This document shows positions 18,034 through 27,050 of a stretch of 54,988 bases of DNA, one piece after another. The first letter of the stretch is position 1. Each line of letters opens with the position of its first letter. The DNA lies in NCBI GenBank assembly GCA_021081985.1, contig GCA_021081985.1_3639.2. One strand, 5' to 3'. The position numbers were made by a program, and so were the translations under genes. The DNA is from a phage. Below the pieces are notes generated by a model. It was not told the origin of the DNA. It did no database searches and saw only the letters and a list, made by a program, of their open reading frames with translations.

Positions 18034-18851
18034 TCATATGCCTCTTGCATGTTAAAGGGTTTTATACCAATATTATCAAAATCTACAAGAGAATCAAGAA
18101 AAAATTCTCCTTTGTACCCAGCCATTTCTATCATTAAGCGTTCCTCTTGGGTAGGGATCTCCCCCAAAATAAGCTCTTTTAGCTCTTTTTCTACAACACG
18201 ATGATACATTACTTCCTGGGTATTACACACCAAGTAGTAGTGCGACTTCTTATTCTCTGCGTTTGGCGTGTTGGTTATCTTAATTCCAGCATGGTCTACA
18301 TAATCATACATCTTTGTTTGGTAACGCATTCCATAACAACCTACCAGGGAAAAGGGTCCACAACTGGAATTAATCTCCCTGATGTGGAGAATATCTGGGT
18401 TTGTTCTGACATAGGAAGCCTTTATGGAAAACATATTACCATCCCAATGCCCCAATTGGGACAAAACAGACAGGAATTTTTGTGTTCGTGCAGACAATGA
18501 TCTTGCTAAACACATTCCATAATTAAAGCCTTGGAAAGAGATTGTTATTTGCCCACAAGTAATATCATAGCTTGAAAACTCATGCGTTAAGTTTACGCTT
18601 GCCATGTAAGCACGCTCGTCAGCTTCAACATAATATTTCCAGTAGCATTTCCTATCCCGAGTATCAAAACACATAAGCACAGCATGTTTTATGAGTTCTA
18701 TTAAAGGGTTTGGTTCATGGTGGCGACTTTCAACTTCCCTTATAATGGCTTCACGGAGTACATTAAAATCTATTTTCATAGATTTTGTGTGATGCAGGTA
18801 GGCATCAAAGTAAGAAGAAATGTTTTCGTCAGGTATCTTTGCCATGGTCAA
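17991..18851 (-). CDS. Hypothetical protein
   Basis: 286-aa ORF upstream of the HD hydrolase; no motif recognised. Confidence 0.4.
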   Translation of the reverse strand: MTMAKIPDENISSYFDAYLHHTKSMKIDFNVLREAIIREVESRHHEPNPLIELIKHAVLMCFDTRDRKCYWKYYVEADERAYMASVNLTHEFSSYDITCGQITISFQGFNYGMCLARSLSARTQKFLSVLSQLGHWDGNMFSIKASYVRTNPDILHIREINSSCGPFSLVGCYGMRYQTKMYDYVDHAGIKITNTPNAENKKSHYYLVCNTQEVMYHRVVEKELKELILGEIPTQEERLMIEMAGYKGEFFLDSLVDFDNIGIKPFNMQEAYEWHNRSLSPVTCKI

Positions 18852-18917
18852 ACTCCAAAAATATTTTCATTGGTTATGAGGAATGTACAGAACTAAAAAA
18901 CAAAAGTCAACACTTGA

Positions 18918-18947
18918 CAAACTGAAAATTTGTGAGATACTACGAAT
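18918..18947 (+). promoter_or_regulatory. Putative promoter TTGACA-17-GATACT in the divergent intergenic region
   Basis: Lies between the minus-strand block ending at 18851 and the plus-strand gene starting at 18975. Confidence 0.35.
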
Positions 18948-18974
18948 ACAAGTTAAGCGACAGAGATATTCTGT

Positions 18975-19772
18975 ATGGACTGGAATAAAGAGTTTACAAC
19001 CAAAGAGATAAGGTATCTCAAAACACGACTCTTTTTCAAAAAGAGGAATACCAAAGCGAGAGGTATAGAGTTCAATCTGACAGAAGATGACTGGTTTATG
19101 ATGGGCAACGGATTACTTGGGAAAGGTGTTTGTGATTACACAGGCCTACCTTTTTCTGCGACACCTAATGACCCCCTCTACCCGTCTGTTGAACGAATAG
19201 ATGACAAAAAAGGGTATGTTCGTGGAAACGTTTGTGTAGTCGGTAAGAGAGCAAACCAGTTAAAAGATTTTCTTGTAGACAAAAAGAAAGCTCTAACGAT
19301 TGTAGATCCACTCGACATGGATATCGTCCAAGGAATGATGTTAAATATGTCAAAGGATCACTTGGAAAAGTTAAAACTTAAATACATACCTACGGAAACA
19401 GATATGAAAGAGACAGAGAACGTAATTATTGATGAGCAGGTTGAAGAGATGAAAGAAAAATCTCTTCCTGACGATGTTGAAATTGCACTTGCATACGCAA
19501 ACTACTGTAAAACATTTGCGGAAGCAGGTATGAATGTTAGCGTTACGTATGCACAATTTAAGGCTAAATATTCAAGAAACACCTGTTCTCTAACAGGGGA
19601 GAAGTTAACAAAAACACCAAAACCTATTCTCATTATGGATTTAGATCTTGGGTTCGCAAAAGACAACTTTATTATTGTTTCTGAAAAGATGGAAACAGCA
19701 TTAACACAACTCATGATCAATACGAAAATGAGTTTACCAAAAATCACAGCTATGCTGAATAAGGTGGTTTAA
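18975..19772 (+). CDS. HNH/AP2-like putative homing endonuclease with a duplicated module
   Basis: 265 aa; two copies of a C-x2-TG ... ID ... G-Y/F ... N module (CDYTGLPF...ERIDDKKGYVRGNV and CSLTGEKL...MDLDLGFAKDNF). Residues are degenerate relative to canonical HNH. Confidence 0.4.
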   Translation: MDWNKEFTTKEIRYLKTRLFFKKRNTKARGIEFNLTEDDWFMMGNGLLGKGVCDYTGLPFSATPNDPLYPSVERIDDKKGYVRGNVCVVGKRANQLKDFLVDKKKALTIVDPLDMDIVQGMMLNMSKDHLEKLKLKYIPTETDMKETENVIIDEQVEEMKEKSLPDDVEIALAYANYCKTFAEAGMNVSVTYAQFKAKYSRNTCSLTGEKLTKTPKPILIMDLDLGFAKDNFIIVSEKMETALTQLMINTKMSLPKITAMLNKVV

Positions 19773-19960
19773 TGAAAGATTTTCTACCAAAACCGTGTCC
19801 ATTTTGTAAAAATGATGCACTTTTGCTTAAACAGAAACGCTCTGGGCAAACAATATTTCACTACATTTACTGCCAGAAATGTGGAACATCTGGGCCACAG
19901 GCTCTGAGTGAGCCTACTGCTGTAAGTTGGTGGAATGTCGGTAATAAAGAGGTAAAATAA
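19772..19960 (+). CDS. Lar-family restriction alleviation protein (zinc ribbon)
   Basis: 62 aa; PCPFCKND ... CQKCG zinc ribbon and C-terminal AVSWWN fit the Lar family pattern. Confidence 0.55.
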   Translation: MKDFLPKPCPFCKNDALLLKQKRSGQTIFHYIYCQKCGTSGPQALSEPTAVSWWNVGNKEVK

Positions 19961-19961
19961 T

Positions 19962-20141
19962 ATGTTTGAAGAGATTCTTGGAAGGCCAGCTACCGATCAA
20001 GAAGCCCAGATGATTGAATCTGGAAAGAAACCAAATTTTAAAGTTGGTGATAGGGTTCGTTATAAAAATGCCAGAAACGTTATAACTTCTGTAGAGGCTA
20101 TAGTATTATTTATGTTCCCACACCAACCAACTGGAGGATAA
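19962..20141 (+). CDS. Hypothetical small protein (59 aa, not in the ORF track)
   Basis: ATG at 19962 preceded by AAAGAGGTAAAATAAT; translated as MFEEILGRPATDQEAQMIESGKKPNFKVGDRVRYKNARN... Confidence 0.3.
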   Translation: MFEEILGRPATDQEAQMIESGKKPNFKVGDRVRYKNARNVITSVEAIVLFMFPHQPTGG

Positions 20142-20276
20142 GTTCCGGTATGGGGAGCCAGATTAACTGGCGGTAATAATTTTATGCCGCTTGATACCAT
20201 AGAATTATTTACAAGTAAAAAATAACAAGTATAATAGGTTGTCGAAAGATAGCCTATTTTTGTATGGAGCATAATT

Positions 20277-21713
20277 ATGCAAAAAGACGAATATGAAATG
20301 ATTGCCAAGTTAGAGAAGGATGCTGTAAAAGTTATCCAATCGGCACGAATAGCTCTTTTAAAGTACAGACCATTTTACGGGACTTTGTTAAGTTCTCTAC
20401 CCTTAGTTGCTAACTGGAAATGGTTGCCAACAGCAGCGACTGATCACAAAAACCTCTACTTCAACCCTGAGTTTATTATGGGTATGCCTGAAGAAAGGAA
20501 GAAGAAGGTTTTTGAGCGTGTGGATAATCACCCCACAATGACACAACAAGAAAAAGATGACTATAAAGACTATGTGAACGTATTTTATCGTAAGAAAACA
20601 CCCAAAGAGGTTGTTGTTATTCTTATGCACGAGCTACGTCATATTACTAACGATCATTTATCCCGTGGAAAAGCATTTGATTCTAAAACCTACAACACAG
20701 CAGCAGATCATTATATTAACACGGATTTAGTGGTGTCTGATCTTGGGCCACGCTCCAGCCAGATGTGTTTCTTCCCAATGGGGAAACAGACAACCTTTGA
20801 CAAAGGTAAAGAGTTTGGGTTTATGGCTTATTGCTACTGTGATTTTAATTTCCACGGTAAGACAGCGGAGGAGATTTACAGTCTCATAAACAAAGGCCAA
20901 CCGTCTGTTGGTAAACCTATGGGCACACACATAGGTGATTATGATCAAGACAGCAATATCCTAGGATATGAAGATCCTCACCCAGTGCCAAGCCAAGCAG
21001 AAAAAGATGATAATATGTCGTGGTCATCTGGTCTTATCGAGGCAGCGATGGAAGCAGCGGGAGGAGAGGGGCCGAAAGAGGTGCGTGACGTTATTGCAAG
21101 AATGCGTAAACCACACATAAATTATCTTCAGATAATCAAACAGCGTATGCTTTCTCGGATCAAGTCTAACCTGACATACAGGAAACCATCTCGTAGGTCT
21201 GGATCTATGACACAGGCACTTCGGCAGTATGGAGCTATTGAAAAAAAACAGCATATTGTTTTACCAGGAAGGGAGTACGATAATACTATAGATATAGTTA
21301 TTGGCTTCGATGTGTCTGGATCAATTTCGAAGGCGAATTTAGACAAAATCTTCGGAGAAATTGTAGGATTATGCCAGCTTTACCGCGTTTTTCGCGTGAC
21401 ATTGTTCTGTTGGTCAACAAAAGTCGGAGAGGTTAAAGTTTATACACATGATAATATCAAGGAAATGCTTGATTATAAAGTAAATTCTACGGGTGGGACA
21501 CTTGCAGCATCGGCTTTTGAGTATATTGAAAATAACATTTTTGATGCAAAAGACGTTATTATTTTTACAGACGGGTATATAGAGGATTTAAGCCACAAGA
21601 AAAAAGATTGGGGACGCAAGTGGGATATTCTTTGGGTTATTTGTGGTCGCGGAAATAATAAATTTGTACCACCTTTCGGAAGGGCTGTAAATTTAGATGA
21701 ACACGCAAAATAA
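20277..21713 (+). CDS. VWA-domain protein with N-terminal putative HExxH metallopeptidase domain (DUF2201-like)
   Basis: 478 aa; HELRH zinc-binding-like motif in the N-terminal half; MIDAS motif D-x-S-G-S in VIGFDVSGSIS in the C-terminal half. Confidence 0.65.
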   Translation: MQKDEYEMIAKLEKDAVKVIQSARIALLKYRPFYGTLLSSLPLVANWKWLPTAATDHKNLYFNPEFIMGMPEERKKKVFERVDNHPTMTQQEKDDYKDYVNVFYRKKTPKEVVVILMHELRHITNDHLSRGKAFDSKTYNTAADHYINTDLVVSDLGPRSSQMCFFPMGKQTTFDKGKEFGFMAYCYCDFNFHGKTAEEIYSLINKGQPSVGKPMGTHIGDYDQDSNILGYEDPHPVPSQAEKDDNMSWSSGLIEAAMEAAGGEGPKEVRDVIARMRKPHINYLQIIKQRMLSRIKSNLTYRKPSRRSGSMTQALRQYGAIEKKQHIVLPGREYDNTIDIVIGFDVSGSISKANLDKIFGEIVGLCQLYRVFRVTLFCWSTKVGEVKVYTHDNIKEMLDYKVNSTGGTLAASAFEYIENNIFDAKDVIIFTDGYIEDLSHKKKDWGRKWDILWVICGRGNNKFVPPFGRAVNLDEHAK

Positions 21714-22131
21714 ATTAAAAGTTTTCGACATGTTAGTGGATATTCACTTTCTATCTTTAGGGTGTGCAATAGATATATCATGGAAGAGTTGGAACGGTGG
21801 CAAATTTATTTTTGGATCGCTTAGACAAGATACCACAAAATATTTTGTAAGTTGCACAAGGAAATCTCTTGAAATACAGAAATTTTCTGGGTCTGGTTGG
21901 AAAACATTAATTGACCCCAGCATGACACTTGACCCACAAAATATATCAGAGAGTGAAAAACTCTTGGTAAATATTCTCCCAGGACTCACAGATTTTGAGA
22001 GGGAACTCTACGAAGTGGCTGGGAATGTGGCTAAAATGTGGGCAGATGACCACACACAAGAAACGGATGCAAGGGAGTACGTGAGGAAGTTTCTCCATAG
22101 TCATCTCGATTGGGATACACCAGAAGAGTAA
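21697..22131 (+). CDS. Hypothetical protein
   Basis: 144-aa ORF overlapping the VWA gene end by 17 nt. Confidence 0.4.
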   Translation: MNTQNKLKVFDMLVDIHFLSLGCAIDISWKSWNGGKFIFGSLRQDTTKYFVSCTRKSLEIQKFSGSGWKTLIDPSMTLDPQNISESEKLLVNILPGLTDFERELYEVAGNVAKMWADDHTQETDAREYVRKFLHSHLDWDTPEE

Positions 22132-22239
22132 AATTTAACCACACAGGGAGGCTAACGCACGTAGTCTCCCATATGTCCCCATTTCAGGGACATGGGTATG
22201 TCCCCGTTTTGGGGACACAATACTAACTGATCAAATTAA

Positions 22240-22440
22240 ACTAACTTATAAGATCTATTAAATATAATACTACGTATTATAATACTATGATCTATTTAAT
22301 ATGATCTAATATAATATAAATTATATAATATAATATAATTTAATATAATACTACGTATTATATATAATATATATATATATATATATTATATAAAATTTAT
22401 TTAAAATACATTAAGTCTTGAAGAATGTCAAGACTTGATT
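22240..22440. repeat. A/T-rich low-complexity tract with TATAATA-type repeats and a (TA)n run
   Basis: Repeated TATAATACTACGTATTATA, AATATAATATAAT and ATATATATATATATAT in a non-coding interval. Confidence 0.6.
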
Positions 22441-22625
22441 TTAAATATTTTTGTTGATATGATTCGATTGAGTCGAATCGTATGGTTCGATGATTTCGAA
22501 TCATAGAGTTCATAGTGTTTTGCCTGAAAGCATGAGTCGATGAGACTCTTCAGGCAATACGTGAGTGTGTAAGATGCTCACTGCGCTGATAGCTTGTGAT
22601 CATCTAACCCTCATGAGCCATTCTG

Positions 22626-22678
22626 AGATAAACACACAGAGACAAACCCTACAGGTTTGTCTCTGTGTGTTTATCTCA
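22626..22678. repeat. Perfect 24-bp inverted repeat with 5-nt loop
   Basis: GAGATAAACACACAGAGACAAACC - CTACA - GGTTTGTCTCTGTGTGTTTATCTC; no flanking T-run. Confidence 0.7.
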
Positions 22679-22843
22679 ATCATGGATTCGGGTTGTCACA
22701 AGTCACTATGTGACTCTGTGTGGGGATCTTGAATGTGTACCGGAGCATGGCGCACAGGACTGGTTCATCTGTCCGTCTCAACTGGGGCGCGGTGGGTGTC
22801 AAGGTTTAGTTTTACGTTTTGTGTGGGTGTGGAGGAGAGTCTT

Positions 22844-23155
22844 ATGGCCTACGATGAAAATTCTATCCGTGTGCTGTCACCTGATGATATCAAACAGCGA
22901 TTTGACTGGGTACGCATCGGGGATTTGGTTCACGAATATAACTTACCTGTGGATTGGGTCAGACGTGGCTTTGAAGCGTGCTGGAGGTTAGGCATCGAGC
23001 CTGATTATTTTATCAACAAGTACATCCTCAAGCATGGTGTTGATCCTGTACCTGATTTCGAGGCTGTTTTTAAAGAGATTATTATGGAATCTCGATTCAG
23101 GGATCAGGTATGCACTCGGCAGTCTCAAAAACGCATCTGCGAATCAGATTTGTAA
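22844..23155 (+). CDS. Hypothetical protein (start trimmed to ATG after GGAGGAGAG)
   Basis: The ORF-track start at 22733 lies inside the structured intergenic region; the ATG at 22844 has a strong RBS. Confidence 0.4.
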   Translation: MAYDENSIRVLSPDDIKQRFDWVRIGDLVHEYNLPVDWVRRGFEACWRLGIEPDYFINKYILKHGVDPVPDFEAVFKEIIMESRFRDQVCTRQSQKRICESDL

Positions 23156-23241
23156 ATGTGGTCCACAGATAGGTAAAAACATCAACGCGCAAACGATCGC
23201 GCGTGGCATCTGTAGAGCAAATTTTCAATTTTAGGAGAAAA

Positions 23242-23604
23242 ATGATGAATCGTACCATTACAGAAAAAGATCGTGAAATTGCTAAACAAAAACGAGAGCA
23301 ACAAAAGCGAGAATGGACTGCCTTGGCAGAAGCGGGAAAAATACGCCAACATTTCGCTGACGCTAATCACTGGGCAAGGCTCCGTAGTCAATACGGGATT
23401 ACATCCCCGAATAAGCTAGCACCAGCCGAAAGTAAGTATGGTTTGAAAATCCTTCGAAAGACGGTTAAGCTAACCGGAGGGTTCGAGTGGTTCAATGAGT
23501 CTTTCGGTATGGACATCAAGCAGTTTGTCAGAATGAACCCTTCATGGCCTGCATACGCTATTCAAGGGATCATCCTTGAAGAGTGGGATGATTATCAGAA
23601 TTGA
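23242..23604 (+). CDS. Hypothetical protein
   Basis: RBS TAGGAGAAAA then ATG at 23242; charged N-terminal helix. Confidence 0.4.
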   Translation: MMNRTITEKDREIAKQKREQQKREWTALAEAGKIRQHFADANHWARLRSQYGITSPNKLAPAESKYGLKILRKTVKLTGGFEWFNESFGMDIKQFVRMNPSWPAYAIQGIILEEWDDYQN

Positions 23605-23697
23605 TTTTTGTTGTGTTTCTGATAGCCAACTGGTATGTTTATTACAGGGAGTGATAACCACCCCTGTGTTACTTGTTTTATACAGGAGAGTTGATAT

Positions 23698-24321
23698 ATG
23701 TCTTGGCCTTTTTTGATTTATCTTATTGATGTTCTTAGTACTGATGGGAAGTATGATGGCTGGGGATTCTTGTTGTTTCTGTGTGTTATTGTATACATGC
23801 TGATGCGTCTTCTTCCAAAGATCCTCGAAGAACCTAAGCTGGATATCTATCCAGGACAAAATCTTGTTTTAGCACAAGATTGGTCACGATTTAAAGCCGG
23901 AGATGTTCTTGTTGTGAAGGATACTGCTGGTGGTGATGTTCTTCTTCGCCACGGGGAGGAATCCCTTGGTTCTTGGGTGAGCAAGAGCATTTTACGAAAA
24001 GTGTGCAAACTTGATGAAAAACAAGGATATATCCCACAGCAAGATGCGATGGAAACACCGCGAAAGTTAACTGTGATTGCTATGGTTGTCTGTGTGATGG
24101 GTATTCTATATGCCAACTTCATGCCGCAGAAAGAGACTTCTTACAAGATGCTTGCTGCGTATGTGGGTCAAAACATTGTTGAATCTCCAAGGACTCAACA
24201 ACTTGCGGATAGCACAATCAAGTATCTAGATGCCCAAATCAAGAAGTACACTCAAGAATTAGGTGACTCTTCAGAAGTGGCGAGTAAGGATTCTAAGCCT
24301 GGTGAGAAGGTGAAAGAGTGA
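23698..24321 (+). CDS. Putative membrane protein
   Basis: 207 aa with two hydrophobic stretches (GFLLFLCVIVYMLMRLL and LTVIAMVVCVMGILYANF). Confidence 0.4.
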   Translation: MSWPFLIYLIDVLSTDGKYDGWGFLLFLCVIVYMLMRLLPKILEEPKLDIYPGQNLVLAQDWSRFKAGDVLVVKDTAGGDVLLRHGEESLGSWVSKSILRKVCKLDEKQGYIPQQDAMETPRKLTVIAMVVCVMGILYANFMPQKETSYKMLAAYVGQNIVESPRTQQLADSTIKYLDAQIKKYTQELGDSSEVASKDSKPGEKVKE

Positions 24322-24683
24322 TGGGAAAGCCATTTGAAACAAAACGCATAGCGTTGGACTTTGATGATACTTTCACGCTAGAGCCTGAGAGATGGTCACA
24401 ATTTGTTTCTCTATTTGCAGCAAAGGGTTCAGGTTGGTGTGTTAAATTTGTTACTTATCGCTTCGATTCAGATGATAACTCTGATATCCAGTTTTGGGCT
24501 GAAAAACTAGGTATCGAAATAATTTATTGCAATGGTATCCAGAAAGCACAAGTTTGTGCAGAACTTGGTTGGATCCCAGATGTGTGGATAGACGATTTTC
24601 CTGTTCTCATTCCTGTGAAACAACAACTACAGGGTATGCTTTTAGGAATAGAAAATAACGAAGAAAAACATAATGCTAAGTAG
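24318..24683 (+). CDS. Hypothetical protein, possibly HAD-like phosphatase
   Basis: 121 aa; IALDFDDTF resembles HAD motif I DxDxT. Weak. Confidence 0.3.
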   Translation: MMGKPFETKRIALDFDDTFTLEPERWSQFVSLFAAKGSGWCVKFVTYRFDSDDNSDIQFWAEKLGIEIIYCNGIQKAQVCAELGWIPDVWIDDFPVLIPVKQQLQGMLLGIENNEEKHNAK

Positions 24684-24920
24684 TTTAAGGGGGAGTGTTG
24701 AGAAGCATTGCGTATTACAAATTCAAATGTTGGGAGAAACTCTATGATTTGAGCTACCTTATTTTTGGGAATCTCCCTGTCACTGAAGACATTAAACACA
24801 AAATGTATCTTGCATACATGAAATACCGTCTCCACGAAAGAAAGAGTGGTTGATGAGAATGTTATGATGCCCTGTAGATACTCTCTACAGGGCTTGAATG
24901 CTTAATCACAGGACTTACCA

Positions 24921-25745
24921 ATGACAAGTATTTTACACACGACAGGTATTTTACCACACTATCAGAAGGACTATTCTTTCCCTGATTTATCTGGGGATAT
25001 GTTGCAAATATACGACAAAGTGCAAGGCGAAGTGTCGGAGCTACAGTTTAGTTCAGACCCTGATGATGAGCAAGAGTTTGATAAACAGATTTGTCGTGTA
25101 GAAAACGAGCTTATAGAGCTACAATCATTAGCCAAATCAACAGATATCGAAGACTTAAGGCGATACGTTGAGAATCTTGAAAATTTAGTGTTCGGGCTTT
25201 CGCAAGCTATTATAAACATTGGTGAAATTGCTAAAATTGCCTCTGACAAGTTGCCAGACAACGCAGAAGATATTGAAGAAGCGTTGCAGAATATCTGCTA
25301 TGAAGGAAGTTCTGCTCTCGGTTGTGAATGTAATCTAGGAAATGCTCTTGAAGAACGTGGGTGGAGCCTGTTCCAAAAAACTTTTGTTTATCGTGTTATT
25401 GGTGGTGAGTTCCCACGACTCTTACAACTTAATACCCTTTTTGGAAACAGTCAGAGTGATAATATTGCATTAGGTATTGATGGCTGGTTCTGCTTAAGAG
25501 GTAAAGAATTAACATTTTGTCGTGGCGATGATGTGTTAATTCTCAATGCTTCTAAACCTGGTGTTGGAATAACAGTGAGACTTAATGGTAAGTCCGCTAA
25601 TTTCCACACCACAGAATTGGCAGATATTTTTATGGACATATTAGATCCTACAGAAGACGAAATTCTTATGTATGAAATGACCAGTGGAAAAAGATATGAT
25701 ATTTTGTCGTGGAGAAATATTTTCGGTAAGAAGAAAAGTTTATAG
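24921..25745 (+). CDS. Hypothetical protein
   Basis: 274-aa acidic ORF followed by a hairpin at 25776-25798. Confidence 0.45.
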   Translation: MTSILHTTGILPHYQKDYSFPDLSGDMLQIYDKVQGEVSELQFSSDPDDEQEFDKQICRVENELIELQSLAKSTDIEDLRRYVENLENLVFGLSQAIINIGEIAKIASDKLPDNAEDIEEALQNICYEGSSALGCECNLGNALEERGWSLFQKTFVYRVIGGEFPRLLQLNTLFGNSQSDNIALGIDGWFCLRGKELTFCRGDDVLILNASKPGVGITVRLNGKSANFHTTELADIFMDILDPTEDEILMYEMTSGKRYDILSWRNIFGKKKSL

Positions 25746-26010
25746 TATGATATTTTATCGCTGATATTTGTTTTCCCTGTGATATTTTGTCACAGGGAGA
25801 AGTTTCAACAACAGATATTTTCTTGATACTTTAAAATTCTACCAGAATTTTAAATTCTGTAAATTTAGAAAACTATTACTTATAAGCGTTTCGACACAAT
25901 TTTGTTATGAAAGCCTTGTTTTTATATAAAAACCTGTTTTAGCATGAGTGGTAGGATCACACTCCATACTACCTTTATTCCTACAGATGAGCACCTCCAT
26001 GTCCGAAAAC

Positions 26011-26200
26011 TCGGTTCTCGATCGAAAATTCATTTTCTAAATCGTATTTGCTCCTTACGGAGAAAATTTTTTAGGGCTACAAATTTCAGTTCTCGATCGG
26101 TTTTTCGATTTCAAAATCGTATTTGTTTTTTCTTGCGAAATTTTTCGCACGCTCAGTTCTCGATCGAGTTTTCAAAATCGAAATCGTATTTGCTCTATAG
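26011..26200. repeat. Three imperfect direct repeats (GTTCTCGATCG ... AAATCGTATTTG), 67-75 bp period, with flanking A/T palindromes
   Basis: GTTCTCGATCG at 26014, 26089 and 26156; AAATCGTATTTG at 26039, 26114 and 26181. Confidence 0.6.
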
Positions 26201-26601
26201 CGCGAAAAAATTTTTATGGGTATCATAATTCTATCACACACTTAAACGCAAAGCAACATAAAAATTTTTGTTGAATGATAATCATTCTCATTTGCAGAAT
26301 GACAGGTAGGATTGGTGTCTTATCCTCCCCCGTTGACCATCGTCGCCGTAGTTTGAAGTTTATAGCCGTTCTCGGCTTATCTCTTTGTTAGATAGAGATT
26401 AACATAGTTGCCAAAGGAATCAAGCGTTAATTGTAATCTTTACGTTTCTTTACAAATTTATTTTGGACGAGTTACCGGCGATCGACCTTACAACCAGCGC
26501 CATGGTATGTTAGCCCCGCCTTTACGCCGTGGGGATGGCGTTTCCTCTTTTGTATGTTAGTCATAATAAGCCCAATCCCTGGGCTTGTCAAACATTTTTA
26601 T

Positions 26602-26865
26602 CTATTTATTTTCTTGCCAGGTTAGGACACCTAACCAGAAATGGCAATCACCTTTCGCCCATTGTGGTATATTGCTTTCTTTCCCACCTTCTCGCGCCCA
26701 GGAATAACCGCCCGTGTAACTTTGCAATTGATAACTATCCTCGACCTTATAATCTGACAGGTTGAGAACTGTTTCTACCTTTAAGCCCGTTGCGCTCGCT
26801 ACCTGGTGGATAGTTCCCCCTTGCCAGCCTAACGCGTACATAAGGTGCATTGTGGTAGTGGTCAT
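26602..26865 (-). CDS. Hypothetical protein, divergent from the early cluster
   Basis: 87-aa ORF; GAGGAA upstream of ATG on the minus strand. Confidence 0.35.
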   Translation of the reverse strand: MTTTTMHLMYALGWQGGTIHQVASATGLKVETVLNLSDYKVEDSYQLQSYTGGYSWAREGGKESNIPQWAKGDCHFWLGVLTWQENK

Positions 26866-26950
26866 TTTTCCTATTCCTCTGTTAGTTGGTTAGTTGTTAA
26901 AATTGTATCTATAATCAGCCAGGTTTGCAAGGCAAATAAAAGAGAAAAAT

Positions 26951-26996
26951 TTTTTAAAAATAGTATTGACAGCGGGGGGTAGTATAGATCTACTAT
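26951..26996 (+). promoter_or_regulatory. Putative sigma70-type early promoter with A/T-rich upstream element
   Basis: AAAAATAGTATTGACA with TTGACA at 26966-26971; the -10 is ambiguous (TATAGAT or TACTAT). The same AAAAATAGTATTGACA element recurs at 32021-32037. Confidence 0.4.
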
Positions 26997-27050
26997 GTGC
27001 ACATCAAGGCGATACACCGCCACCAACCAACCTAAAAGGGGTAAATTAAT

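Noticed and set aside
17991-18851. Whether the 286-aa protein upstream of the HD hydrolase is a RelA/SpoT-type toxic alarmone synthetase, forming a toxin-hydrolase pair
   Set aside because: I could not find the synthetase signature motifs in the translation, so the pairing is not supported by sequence; left as hypothetical.
22450-22520. GGTTCGA / TTCGAATC strings resembling a tRNA T-arm
   Set aside because: The surrounding sequence forms simple palindromes rather than a cloverleaf; no acceptor stem or anticodon arm could be built. No tRNA gene was found in the window.
26011-26200. Possible CRISPR array suggested by repeated GTTCTCGATCG / AAATCGTATTTG units
   Set aside because: Only three copies, imperfect, with irregular spacing and no unique spacers of uniform length; looks like iterons or a regulatory repeat, not CRISPR.
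25944-26228. 94-aa plus-strand ORF over the direct-repeat array
   Set aside because: Its sequence is the repeats translated (repetitive Arg/Ser/Phe-rich), with no RBS; treated as spurious.
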